From IMG/VR virus record IMGVR_UViG_3300027692_000003: a DNA stretch of 64,000 nucleotides. One strand, given 5' to 3'. Both the position numbers and the translations under genes were made by a program. This DNA comes from a virus (taxonomy: Duplodnaviria; Heunggongvirae; Uroviricota; Caudoviricetes). This document shows positions 43,534 through 54,000 of this stretch, piece after piece (positions within the stretch are counted from its first letter, which is position 1; every line of letters starts with the position of its first letter). The notes under the pieces are model-generated. The model was not told the origin of the DNA. It was given only the letters and a program-made list of their open reading frames with translations, and ran no database searches.

Positions 43534-43700
43534 GCTCTTTTCCGCAGTCGGGCCCGCGCGCGAGGTCCAGGCGCCGGGTGGTTAGAGGGGGGTCTGGTCG
43601 CCGGGTGTGATCATCGCGGCCGGCCGTTTCCCGCTGTCGCCGCGGCGACAGCGGGGTATGCCAGGGATCGGGGGATGGACAGCGGGCCCGTCGCCACGAT

Positions 43701-44042
43701 GTGATGGGGAGTGGTGCGGGAACGGGAGGGCTGGCGATGACAGGGCAGGGCGGCAGCGGCACGGCGGTGACCGGTAACCGGGTGTACACGGTTAGTGCCG
43801 GTGCCCGGAACGCGGCGTGGCTGGCGACGCAGTCCGGGACCGGGGGGATCACCGACAACGGGGACGGCACGGCCAGTTTCGGGCTGCCCGTCATGCGGGA
43901 GCTGCGGGACCTGCCCGACGAGCAGGACGGCTACGTAGACCCGACCGGGATCATCTGGATCGCCGGCACCGGATACCCAGTCATCTCGGCGCGCTTACAG
44001 ACTCACCGGGACCGCGGGCGGGTCAGGCGGGCACGACGATGA
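43701..44042 (+). CDS. hypothetical Gly-rich protein
   Basis: ORF ...MTGQGGSGTAVTGNRVYTVSAGARNAAWLATQSGTGGITDNGDGTASFGLPVMRELRDLPDEQDGYVDPTGIIWIAG... Confidence 0.3.
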   Translation: MMGSGAGTGGLAMTGQGGSGTAVTGNRVYTVSAGARNAAWLATQSGTGGITDNGDGTASFGLPVMRELRDLPDEQDGYVDPTGIIWIAGTGYPVISARLQTHRDRGRVRRARR

Positions 44043-44301
44043 GGACGGTCCGGCCGATCGTCACCCGGTCACCCCTGGCCAGCACCTGGTGCCCCCAGAC
44101 CCGCCGCCCGTTCACCCAGGTGCCGTTCATCGACCCGAGATCCTCGACCGTCCACCCGCCATCACCGGGCCTGAAAGCGGCGTGACGCGGGGACGCATAC
44201 GGGTCAGCTACGGCAAGCGTCCCGGACCGGCCGGCCGTGAAAGCCTCACCGAACACGCTGGTACCGTCCTGCACCTGGACTACGAGGGCACCTGGTTCCA
44301 C
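44023..44301 (-). CDS. FHA-domain protein (92 aa)
   Basis: GRSGTLAVADPYASPRHAAFRPGDGGWTVEDLGSMNGTWVNGRRV...LARGDRVTIGRTVL is the canonical FHA core (GR...SR.HA...DLGS.NGT.VNG...GD...IG). Confidence 0.7.
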   Translation of the reverse strand: MEPGALVVQVQDGTSVFGEAFTAGRSGTLAVADPYASPRHAAFRPGDGGWTVEDLGSMNGTWVNGRRVWGHQVLARGDRVTIGRTVLIVVPA

Positions 44302-44328
44302 TGCTGTTCCTCACTCGATCTGCCCTGG

Positions 44329-45252
44329 TCACGGGGGCGGCAGTACCCGCCAGGTCATCGCTCCTGGCGGCAGGTCGCTGAGGCGGGCGACGTCACCGCG
44401 GCCGAGGGCGTCTGTGCACCGGGTGCAGTCATCGCCGCCCATTCCCGGCATGGGCGTGATGCTGCCGTCCGGCATCCGCTGGTGCACATGCCGGGTGAAC
44501 GAGTGGTGCGAGGCGGCGGCGCCGGGGCACAGCGGTCCCTCGGTGCAGTCGCAGCCGTCAAGGTGGCGGGTGACGTGTCCGGGGCACTGCAGCCGCCAGC
44601 GCCGCGTGGCATCGGCGGCTATCCACCGTTTCTCGTAGCTGAGGGCCGCACTGGCGCAGTCTCCCCGGCGGCGCAGATGGAACACCGGCGACGGGGCTCC
44701 GGGCAGCAGCAGGTTCTCGCCGTCGAAGCGGAGGGCTTTCTGCCGCTGGGTGACCGGGTCGCCGCAGCCCCAGCAGCAGCCGGGCAGGATCTTCTCGTAC
44801 CGGGCCAGCTTCCCGGACTCCCGGCTGATCTCCTGCGTGATCTCCAGGTCCCGGCACGGCCACGGCTCACCGCAGTCCCTGCACACCGGGTAGTGCGGGG
44901 ACAGGACGTAGGCGCCAAGGCCGGCATACGGCCGGACGCCGAAGTGCTGGCGTTTCCCGCCGGCGGCCGGGACGACGATCAGGTCCAGGGGACGGCGGTC
45001 CCATTCCTCCATGGACACGGGGCGCCTGCGGCAGATCTGGCCGGGAATCACCGGGGTCCCGAACGCCTGCTCCCAGTACTCGCGGGTATCCTCATCCCAG
45101 TCGGCGACGGGAGCAGGCCGGACCTGCACGACACGCCACACCGTGCGGTCCCCGAGGGCTATCAGGTCACCCTCGGCGAGGTCTCTCCACTCGCATTTAC
45201 GGCCGCCCTGCGGCTCCCAGCCGCCCCCGAAGCGACTCCAGTAGAGGCTCAC
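44329..45252 (-). CDS. Cys-rich hypothetical protein (307 aa)
   Basis: Multiple CxxC / CxC clusters (CRDCGEPWPC, CCWGCGD, CPGHVTRHLDGCDCTEGPLCPG, CTRCTD). Confidence 0.5.
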   Translation of the reverse strand: MSLYWSRFGGGWEPQGGRKCEWRDLAEGDLIALGDRTVWRVVQVRPAPVADWDEDTREYWEQAFGTPVIPGQICRRRPVSMEEWDRRPLDLIVVPAAGGKRQHFGVRPYAGLGAYVLSPHYPVCRDCGEPWPCRDLEITQEISRESGKLARYEKILPGCCWGCGDPVTQRQKALRFDGENLLLPGAPSPVFHLRRRGDCASAALSYEKRWIAADATRRWRLQCPGHVTRHLDGCDCTEGPLCPGAAASHHSFTRHVHQRMPDGSITPMPGMGGDDCTRCTDALGRGDVARLSDLPPGAMTWRVLPPP

Positions 45253-45536
45253 CCCGCACCCTCCCTGACCTTCACGATCCGAGGCTACTCGCCGGGCCTG
45301 GGGTCCCGCCCGTCCTGCGCGTAATACAGGTGGGCTGCGGTGATCGCCGACGCTGCGAGCATTCCCGCACCTGCACGGCGCAGGGCGACATACTCGCTGA
45401 CAACCGCCACGTACAGGCTGTTCTCGGCTGCTACCGGGTCGGCGGGCTGTTCCGGGGCCTCCACGGGCAGCCCCCTCTCCGGCTCGCCGCCGCGCTGGCA
45501 GTGCTGCGGGAAAAAACCTTGCCTGGCATGCTCACT

Positions 45537-45998
45537 CTACTTATGGAGTGAGATGACCGAGATGATGATGGCGGCCACAGCCGCGACGAGCACGAGGAGT
45601 TGCATGACCTGCCCGGTATCAAGGCGCCGCTCGGTGCGGGTGTCGGCAGCACCGCCGGTACGGCCCTGCTGCGCCGAGACGTACTCGCCGAGCGGCCTGA
45701 TCGTGGCCGTCATCTCCCGCACCGCGTTGGCGAGATCGTCCTTGGTGGCGTAGTTGCCGCGCTCGCCCTCGATCTGGGAGCGGAGGTTGTTCGCCTTCTC
45801 GTCCTTGAAGCCCTGTATTTCCCGCGCCAGGTCAAGGGCCTTCTCGTCGGCGACCTGCTTGATCTGGAGGGCTTTCTCCCGCTCCTGCGCGACCTCCTGA
45901 TACCGGCGGTCCCGTTCCGCTGCCAGGCCCGCGTCTGCTGCCCGGAGCGCCAGGAGGTGCTCCCGGAGCGTTACGGTCTCGCCCGGTGGGCTAGCCAC
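45537..45998 (-). CDS. coiled-coil protein with C-terminal TM anchor
   Basis: Heptad-rich ...QEVAQEREKALQIKQVADEKALDLAREIQGFKDEKANNLRSQIEGE..., ending VMQLLVLVAAVAAIIISVISLHK. Confidence 0.5.
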   Translation of the reverse strand: MASPPGETVTLREHLLALRAADAGLAAERDRRYQEVAQEREKALQIKQVADEKALDLAREIQGFKDEKANNLRSQIEGERGNYATKDDLANAVREMTATIRPLGEYVSAQQGRTGGAADTRTERRLDTGQVMQLLVLVAAVAAIIISVISLHK

Positions 45999-46158
45999 GG
46001 CTCCCGTAGCGTCCGCCCCGGTTCCAGCCCCACGCGACCTCCGCGCCCACCAGGGCCACGGCCACGATGACGAGCCAGATAACCCAGTTGAGATGCTTGC
46101 CGGTCAGCTCCAGAGCGGCCGCGATCACCATCATGACGAATGCGAGTGTGGCGAGCAT
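45991..46158 (-). CDS. small two-TM membrane protein (~55 aa, start MLATLAFVMM)
   Basis: MLATLAFVMMVIAAALELTGKHLNWVIWLVIVAVALVGAEVAWGWNRGG. Confidence 0.35.
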   Translation of the reverse strand: MLATLAFVMMVIAAALELTGKHLNWVIWLVIVAVALVGAEVAWGWNRGGRYGSRG

Positions 46159-46232
46159 GATGCCTCCCTCATGGCAGGTGGTGGTCCTTGAAGGCGGGGA
46201 CCTGCTGGCCGCCGGCCGCGAATAGCCGCAGG

Positions 46233-49200
46233 TCAGGACCAGTATTCTGACGGCTCGTAATCGAGTAGGCACGTTATGGAGCCGGTGATCTGGCTCTTGT
46301 TCGCGCCATAGCTGATAGACCGGCGGATCTGGGTCACCCGGTAGATCCCCGTCGAGGACGGCGCCCCGGAAACGGACATGTCATAGACCGTGGCCAGGTC
46401 ACCGACGTTCATGGCAAGGACAGCTGGCCATGCGGCCGGGTATCCCGCCGCGTCGATTTCCAGGAGCGCGACCCGTCGCCTGTTCTGCCCGTAATTCTCG
46501 AACAGCCAGTTGACGTAGGCCTGGATCTCCGTCAGCGACTGGAGGTAGGACGTGAACGGGTATGCCCGTGCCCCGTACTGGATGAGCCCGGCCGCGACAC
46601 CGGCCGCGTTCGCAGGCGTCAGGTCAGGGAGGGTTGCCCCGGCAGGGTCATACGGGGTCGCGACGATCGGGTTCCACACCCGGGTCGGGTCCGTCTGGAA
46701 CTGCTGCGATGGCTTGTAGGGGATCATGCCCTCGGACACCAGCGGCCCCAGGGTCCAGGCGGGCGTGTCAGCGGCGAGATGCGGCCGGGACCGGTAGCAC
46801 AGCGTCCCGTTATTGTCGATCGACATGAACCCGCCGTCACTCTGGGCGATGTTGAGCATGGCCTGGCCGCACTGCTGCCCGCCGACGTCCAGGGCCGCCT
46901 GGACGGCCAGGACCGCCTGGGGGATGTCGATGGCCCGGTTCGGGACGGTCATCCCGCCGTACCCGGCTGCCCGCTCGATCCGCTGCCCGGCCGTGTCCCC
47001 CAGCGGGGTCGCGACCGTGGGGGGCGATGCGCCGGATCCTGCGCCGGCGGCGCAGACCCCGGCGGAGACGGCAGCAGTCCCGTACCCGGAGGTCATCGAA
47101 TCCCCGGCACCGAGGATGACCGCGGCTTCCTCCTCAGCGCCCGCGTTCGCGGACGTGTACAGGGCGATGCCGGGTGCGAGGGCGGTGGCGGCTGCCCATA
47201 CGGCGGACCCGGAGGCGAGGGAGTCGCCGAGCATCCCCGTGAGAGTGGTCCTGGCAGAAGGACCCGAGGTGTAGTTCCCGGCGAGGGAGGCGGTGACGAG
47301 GGAAAGGGACCAGGGGTCGCCGCCCGGGCCGTAGTTCCCCTCGTAGCAGGTGCCGTCCGGCGTGAACCCGGTGGGGTTCAGGTTCTGCACCGATGAGAGC
47401 CCCGGCGACGTCGGGGCGGGGAGGAGGCCGAATCCCGTGACCGCGGCCGTGTAGTGGGCGAGGATCCGGGCCTGCGGCAGGATCCGGGGGTAGATGCTGA
47501 TGTGGGACAGGGCCATGTTGCCGCCGTGGGCGAGCCCGGCCGGGCTGGATCCGCCGCCGGTCCCGAGGTCCCCGCACGCCGTCAGCCATGTGCACTGGGA
47601 GGTCATCGCGGTGCAGGTCCCTGACGCGGTGGCGGTCAGGCCGCCGTTGACCTGCACACTCCACGTGGTGGTGGTCAGCTGGACCGAGTAGGAGACGAAC
47701 GCGTTGCAGCGCAGGTCAGACCCGGTGTAGATGCTGTGGGTCGTGCCTGTCGAGGTCCCCGCCGCGTAGGTGATGAGGACCAGGTTCCCCAGGCCGTTCA
47801 GCTGCAGGACCGCGACGGGCAGGGTTGCCGTGGTCAGGGAGAGGATGGTGAGCGGGCAGCAGGGCTGGGCTGCGATGCAGAAGTAGCCGATCGACCCGCC
47901 AGTAGAAGTAAACCCCTGGGAACTGGCGAGGAACCCGGCACTAGCCCACGCCTCGATACTCACACCGCTGGCCAGCGGAGGGTAGGTGTCCTCGCAGGCC
48001 AGCCACCACCCGTAGCTCCCGGTCTCGCCGAGGAGGCCGGTCTGCTGCCAGGCGGCGGCGCCCGGGGACGCGGTGATCGCCCCGCCCGCCGAGGCCACGG
48101 CGGAAGGGGAGGACTGGGGGTCCCCGTACATCCACCCGGGCTGCTGCCCTACCTGGTAGACCGCCACGCTGGGCGTGGGGGGCGTCGAGGCCTCCGCACT
48201 GGCGGTCAGGTCCGTGGCGGAACCGTAGATCGAGCCGGCGAAGCCGCACAGGTCCTGGTACGGGATCCCGTTCGGCGATGCCTTGATGAGCAGGGGGTTC
48301 GTATTGCCCGGTGCCGCGTTCCGGAGCTGGACGGGGAGGACCCCGCCGGCGAGTGCCTGGTCATCGCACGGCCACCACCAGCCGGGACTGTCCTGGTACA
48401 CCTCAGCCCGGTAGGGGCTGGGGCACGGCCCGGACGCGGTGGCCCAGATGTCGCTGACCCCGAGGGAGACCCAGTTGCGGAGGGTGCTGGTGCGCTGCTC
48501 GGGGAAGTCCTTCGCATTCCGCGAGATCACGTACCAGCGGTTCGCTGTGCCGCCGAGCGCGAATCGCAGCCTGACGGGCGTGCCGGTAAGGCAGTACGGG
48601 TAGTAAGGCGAGGATTCACTGGACGGCGAGAGATTCCCATCGAAATTATCAACGGAAACCGTGCCCTCAGTCGTCTGGATCTGCCCGCGCTGGTACTGGA
48701 CGCCCGTGGTTTCCTGATAGCCCCAGAGCCTCTTGATGGTGGTGAGGGGGTCCGCTGCGCTGTCGGAGAGCGTGGTCCACTCGATCTCGTCCGCCGGGGT
48801 CTGGAACCCGGAACCGAACCCGGCCTCCAGGATGGTCCGCCCCGCCCACGCAGCGTTCGCGCCCGCCGGGATCGGGGAGGGCGCATTGAAGAGGAAGCCG
48901 ATGATGAACCCGGACAGGTCGGTAGCCGCCGAGGCCGTCGCGGTGACGGACAGGGCCCCGGTGGTGGCGTAGCACGCGGATGTCAGGACCGCATCGCCGG
49001 CGTGATTCGCCCCGTTCGTGGCCGTGACCGTAGCCAGTGGCGTCCACCCGGGCGGAAGGAACCCCTGGCCGGCGCTGTCGTTATCCCCGCATACCCCGGC
49101 GATGACGAGTGCCTGACCTGAGGGCGCGGGGAACGACAGGCCCAGTGAGGTGGTCGCGGCGGAGTAGGCGGTACTGACCGCGGTTACCGAATCCCACGGC

Positions 49201-50345
49201 CCGATGCCGGAGATCTCCACGACCAGGCATGCCGCACCCGCTACCGCCCCGTTCGGGGCGCAGTAGACATCAGCTGCGGTCCTGGCGAGATTCGCCGTGT
49301 ACCACCCGGCACACCGGGTGCTGCCTGCGGACGATGACGGCGACGCCGGGCGCCAGAAAGAGTGGATGTCATCGGCGTCGCCGAACGTGACCGCCGATGT
49401 CGCGATGCCCTGCTGCCAGCCCATCAGGCAGACCAGCCAGTTCCCCGCCGAAGGCGTGCCGCTGCCGCTTCCCGCTGAGGTAGCCGGGGTCAGCTGGACG
49501 ACCGTGGACTGCAACGCAGGCGGCATCGACCCGAACACGGCCGGCTGGCTGAACGTCGCCGACCACTGGTTGACGACGGACGCCCGGCCCAGCGAGGGAG
49601 GCTGAGGTGACGGCGGCGCCTGGTAGCCGCCGAAGCCCATCGGGACGAACTGCGACGGCGGGACAGGCTGAGGGGGGATCGCAGGCGCGGGGATGACAGA
49701 CCAGGTGAGGATGATCCATCCCGCTGCCGGGGTGCCCGGTCCGCCGCCGGCGACCGACGCGTTAGACCCGCCGCCGGGTCCGCCGCCGGGCACGGTCCCC
49801 GGAGATCCGGGGGCGGTGCTGGAGGCACCGCCGGCACCGCCGGCCCCCCCGCCCGTTCCCGGCGTCCCGCCGGCACCGGGCGAAGCACCCGAGCCGGGAC
49901 CGCCCGCACCGCCGGGACCGCCAGGGCCTGCCGCGCCGCCACCGCCACCGCCGTACCCGGTCCCGGTGGTGCTGTTGGACCCGTTCCCGCCGCTGCCGCC
50001 GGCATAGGCGATCGCGTTGGAGCCCGCCGCACCGCCGCTGCCGGGGGCGATTCCCGCCCCGTTCCCGCCAGGTGCGGCGGAGACCGCGAGGGAATCGCCG
50101 GTGAAGACGGTGTGGTTACCTGTGGCGCCCTGCCCGATCGACCAGCTGTACGTCAGGCCGCCAGTGACAGCAGGGGCATCCTGGGCGAAAGCCCCGGCAC
50201 CCGCACCGCCGGAGCCCTTGTGTGCCGTGAGGTCCGACGCTGCCGCGCCGGACTCCCCGGTGCACTGGACGATCAGCGATCCGGGGAGGATGTTCAGCGG
50301 GCACAGCCACGTCCCGCTTGCCCCGGTGAGGGTGATGGTCTGCAC
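46233..50345 (-). CDS. 1370-aa tail fibre / host-recognition protein with Gly-rich collagen-like C-terminal region
   Basis: Size, Thr/Gly/Ser-rich beta-type composition, and ...GGSGGNGSNSTTGTGYGGGGGGAAGPGGPGGAGGPGSGASPGAGGTPGTGGGAGGAGG... Confidence 0.6.
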   Translation of the reverse strand: MQTITLTGASGTWLCPLNILPGSLIVQCTGESGAAASDLTAHKGSGGAGAGAFAQDAPAVTGGLTYSWSIGQGATGNHTVFTGDSLAVSAAPGGNGAGIAPGSGGAAGSNAIAYAGGSGGNGSNSTTGTGYGGGGGGAAGPGGPGGAGGPGSGASPGAGGTPGTGGGAGGAGGASSTAPGSPGTVPGGGPGGGSNASVAGGGPGTPAAGWIILTWSVIPAPAIPPQPVPPSQFVPMGFGGYQAPPSPQPPSLGRASVVNQWSATFSQPAVFGSMPPALQSTVVQLTPATSAGSGSGTPSAGNWLVCLMGWQQGIATSAVTFGDADDIHSFWRPASPSSSAGSTRCAGWYTANLARTAADVYCAPNGAVAGAACLVVEISGIGPWDSVTAVSTAYSAATTSLGLSFPAPSGQALVIAGVCGDNDSAGQGFLPPGWTPLATVTATNGANHAGDAVLTSACYATTGALSVTATASAATDLSGFIIGFLFNAPSPIPAGANAAWAGRTILEAGFGSGFQTPADEIEWTTLSDSAADPLTTIKRLWGYQETTGVQYQRGQIQTTEGTVSVDNFDGNLSPSSESSPYYPYCLTGTPVRLRFALGGTANRWYVISRNAKDFPEQRTSTLRNWVSLGVSDIWATASGPCPSPYRAEVYQDSPGWWWPCDDQALAGGVLPVQLRNAAPGNTNPLLIKASPNGIPYQDLCGFAGSIYGSATDLTASAEASTPPTPSVAVYQVGQQPGWMYGDPQSSPSAVASAGGAITASPGAAAWQQTGLLGETGSYGWWLACEDTYPPLASGVSIEAWASAGFLASSQGFTSTGGSIGYFCIAAQPCCPLTILSLTTATLPVAVLQLNGLGNLVLITYAAGTSTGTTHSIYTGSDLRCNAFVSYSVQLTTTTWSVQVNGGLTATASGTCTAMTSQCTWLTACGDLGTGGGSSPAGLAHGGNMALSHISIYPRILPQARILAHYTAAVTGFGLLPAPTSPGLSSVQNLNPTGFTPDGTCYEGNYGPGGDPWSLSLVTASLAGNYTSGPSARTTLTGMLGDSLASGSAVWAAATALAPGIALYTSANAGAEEEAAVILGAGDSMTSGYGTAAVSAGVCAAGAGSGASPPTVATPLGDTAGQRIERAAGYGGMTVPNRAIDIPQAVLAVQAALDVGGQQCGQAMLNIAQSDGGFMSIDNNGTLCYRSRPHLAADTPAWTLGPLVSEGMIPYKPSQQFQTDPTRVWNPIVATPYDPAGATLPDLTPANAAGVAAGLIQYGARAYPFTSYLQSLTEIQAYVNWLFENYGQNRRRVALLEIDAAGYPAAWPAVLAMNVGDLATVYDMSVSGAPSSTGIYRVTQIRRSISYGANKSQITGSITCLLDYEPSEYWS

Positions 50346-50396
50346 GCAGCCCCCTCACCAGCACCTCGTCAGCGGGAGCGGGGGTTAAGCAGCGGC

Positions 50397-50999
50397 TTAG
50401 CTGTGCGTCCACAGGAAGAACTGCGTGCACGTGAGCGACGGGGCGCCAGTCACCTGCGACAGGGTCCCGGCGAGAGCGATCGTGTGCGCGAAGGTTGTGT
50501 CAACATCCGCGGCCGTGGGGCCGGACGCCGCCGGCATCGGCAGGATCTGCATATTGCTGTTCGTGAGCGTTGCCTCGTAGGGCGCCGTCTGGATTATCGT
50601 GTCGCCGTGGGTGTACAGGGTCGGTGTCGAGGTTCCCTGGGCAAGCTGACGGGTCTGGATCTTGCCCGCAGCTTTCCAGTACAGGCCAGTCTGGGAGACG
50701 GGCAGCGCGAACGCCCCGGTCGTTGCCAGCAGTGTCCCGCCGGCGGCCGCCGTGCCCGCCGCGGACGCATACAGGGCCAGGGTCGCATTCGTGGCCGTGG
50801 AGCCGCACGTCCAGATCCCGCGTGCCTCCCACTCGATGACGAGTGCGGGCGTGAACTGCAGGATTGCCGGGTCACCGCCGACCCCGCCGGCCATCTCCGG
50901 GCTGAGGGTGAGGGTGGCTGCCGTGGTGAGCGCTGTCCCGCTCGCGGTCTGCCACGGCGGACCCCAGTTGGCAAGCTGGACCCACGAGGTGTTAGCCAT
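50397..50999 (-). CDS. tail structural protein (distal tail-like)
   Basis: ORF MANTSWVQLANWGPPWQTASGTALTTAATLTLSPEMAGGVGGDPAILQFTPALVIEWEARGIWTCGSTATN... Lies between the tape-measure and fibre genes. Confidence 0.45.
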   Translation of the reverse strand: MANTSWVQLANWGPPWQTASGTALTTAATLTLSPEMAGGVGGDPAILQFTPALVIEWEARGIWTCGSTATNATLALYASAAGTAAAGGTLLATTGAFALPVSQTGLYWKAAGKIQTRQLAQGTSTPTLYTHGDTIIQTAPYEATLTNSNMQILPMPAASGPTAADVDTTFAHTIALAGTLSQVTGAPSLTCTQFFLWTHS

Positions 51000-51041
51000 C
51001 AGTGCTCCCGGAGTAGGTAAGGCAGGTGAGGAACGGGGCGG

Positions 51042-54000
51042 CTAGTACTGCCGGCCGGGCATCTGGTAACCCGTCCCGAGGTTGTTCGCGGCCCTGTCCA
51101 GGGCGTGAGCCTGGACGACGCTGCTCAGGACCTGGCCGTCCACGACGAGATGGGTCGTGGTCTGGTGGACCACCGGGGCCGCGCCGCCGCCGCCGCCGCT
51201 GCCGCCGCCGGACGATCCCGCCGCGGCGGGGTGCGGGACAGCGCTCGCGGGATGCTGGTCCGCGGCGGCGGGGACTGCGCTGGAGATACCGTCCGCTGAG
51301 GAGCCGTCACCGCCCTTGGTCCTCTTCTTCGCGGCGTCCTTCTCCGCTGTCTCGATCGCGGCGAGGATGGCCGAGGTGAGGTCACCGGTCACGGAGGCGA
51401 TGCCTGCCGCCATCTCCTGGCCTATCTCGGCACCGCCCTTGAATGCGGCGGCTGCAGCACCGCCGCCTAGCGCCGCGTCCAGGTCGTGGGTGATGTCCTT
51501 CGACAGGGAGCCGATCGACGAGTTGACCGCCCCGAGCTGGCTTTTCAGCCCGGCTGCGAGGCCCTTGGTGATGTCGGCGGCCGGCTCGTAGACGGCGTTG
51601 CTCGCTGTGACCCCGAGCGCTTTCGCTGCCGTGTTCATCTGCGACTGGAGGCTGTTGAGCTGCTGGATCGCGCCCTTCCCGCCGCCGAGGATGCTCTCGG
51701 CGATCGGGTCGCCTGTCGCCGCGCCGGACTGCGCGAGCTGGTCCAGGAAGGCGGTGTTGAGGCCCTCTTTCTTCAGCTTGGTCAGGTCGGCAGTGAACTG
51801 CTTGGTCTGCGTGACCTGGGCCTGCATCCCGGAGATCAGGTCGCTGACCTGCGGCGCGGCTACCGCCGCTGGTGCGTTGCCGGACTCCAGCGCCTGAGCG
51901 TTCGCCGCGACGCTGATGATGCTGGCGCCCTGGTTCGTCGCTGCCGTGATGCTCTGCGCGTAGGACTGCGCCTGCGTGATCTGGTTTTCCAGGGTCTGCC
52001 GCTGCTGGGCGAGGGCCTGCAGCTTCGCGCCGTCAGCCTTGAGGTAGGCGACCATGCCCGAGTCCTCGGACTTGCTGATCTTGCCTTTCTTCAGCGCCTT
52101 CGCGATATCGGCCTCGAACGTCGAGATGGTCCCGGCGATCGTGGAGTCGCTGAACGGCGCGGCGATCCCCTCCGCGAGATCCTTCGCGGTGGTGATCGCG
52201 GACTGGCCGCCCTGGAGGCCGGCGAGCAGCGACGCGGCGGCGGTCTTGGACAGCCCCTCTGCCGCCTTCTTCACCGTGCCCTCGCCGGCGGTAATGCCCT
52301 CGGCGAAACCGCCGTCGAACTCGTCCTGCCCGATCGCCATCGTGACCCGGCTAGGCGAATGCGCGTCGAGGGTCGTGTGCATCGCCTCGGCCCCGGCAGC
52401 CGCCACGGCGCTCGCTGCCGCCGTGACCGCACCGACTCCGCCCGCGATACCGCCCGCCAGTCCGGCGTCCATGGACGCGCCGATGCCGGCGGTGCCTGCC
52501 GCACCGGACTTCATCGCGCCGAGGACACTGGCCATGGCGGTCGCGGCCTTGGCCTTCGCCGCAGACAGGGCACTCAGGTCGGGTGCGGGGACCTTGACCG
52601 GGGCCATCGCGGACCCGGTGCCGAGCGTGCCAAGGGCGTGCTTGATGGTCTCGCTGATGGAGTTCGCGGAGGCCGGGTCGACCTCGGGCTTGACCTTGAC
52701 CTGCACGGTCTGGTCAGCGGCGGGCAGCTTCATGCCGGTCTTGAGCATGTCCCCGGCCCAGCCGCCAGTCACGGGTGCCACCGCCGGCGCAGCCTCCGGC
52801 GCGGGAGCGGCAGGCTTGCCGCCGCCGAACCCGAAGAACGACGCGATCGAATCGACGGCCGAGGCCGCCTGGTGCCGGGAGGAATCGAGACCGGATGTCA
52901 CCCAGTCGGCATTGCCCTTGAAGCTATTGGCGAGGGCGTCACCCTGGCTTGCCATCTGGTGCCGGGCCGAGTCGAAGCTGCCGGTCTGGTAGTCCCCGGC
53001 GCGCGTGAAGGCCCCGACGGTCTCGCTGACCGCGTTGCTGACGTGGGTTCCGACAGCGGAGCCGAACTTGGAGGTCGCGAACCAGGAGTCGAGGCCGCCG
53101 AAGATGCTGGGCATCATCCCGGCTGCGGCCGGGTCGTTCTGGAGGTCCTTGTTCGCGGTCCCGGCCTTGGTCCCGGCGGGGGAAAGCTGATCCCCGAGGC
53201 CCTTGATCAGGAGGCCGAGGCCGACCCCCGCGGCGAGAGGGTTGACTGAGGCAGCCAGGTCGGTGCCGCCGCGCAGGCCAGCGGCGGCGAGGACCCCGCC
53301 GCCGCCCTTTTCTGCGTCCCCTTCGATACCGGACTCAGCGTCCGAAGCGACAGGTCCGGCGGGGATGGTCCCGCCCGGTTCCCTGCTGGACGGCAGCGTG
53401 CCAGGGAGTGTCTTGTCAGTGTTGCCGAGATCGCCGCCTTCGGCGGCGGTGGAGAGTTTCCCTGCTGCGCCTTCAAGGCTTCCGGCGGCGGCGCTGAGGC
53501 TCGACCCGGCACTTTCCAGGCCCGCCGCACCGGCCGTGCTGGAGCCCTGCCCGATCCCGGCGAGTTTGTCGGCGCCGGGGATGCCGAGGGTCTCCCCGAC
53601 TTTCCCGGCAGAGCTGAGTACCGTGCTGATCGGCGAGGCGACCTTGGACAGGATGGCCGGCAGCGCGAGGAGTCCCGCGCCGATCATGACGTCCTTGGTC
53701 GCGGTGGGATGTGCTGCGGCGAAGCCGAGGACGTCGGAGACACCGCCGAGCACCTTGGTTACAGAGGGGAGGAGTGCCTGCCCGGCCTCGGTCGCTACCG
53801 CCTCAAGGCTGTACTCGGTGGCCTTGAGCTTGTAGTTAAGGGTGTCCTGGACCTGGGACCAGCCCTTGATGTTGTTCCCGGTGTGCTGGACGGACTGGCC
53901 GACCGCGTCCACGTCGCTCTTGAACGTGCCCAGGTGCGAGCCGCCGGTCATCAGGGCGAACTGCTCGCCCATCTTCCCGCCGAGCGCCTCGGACAGGGCA

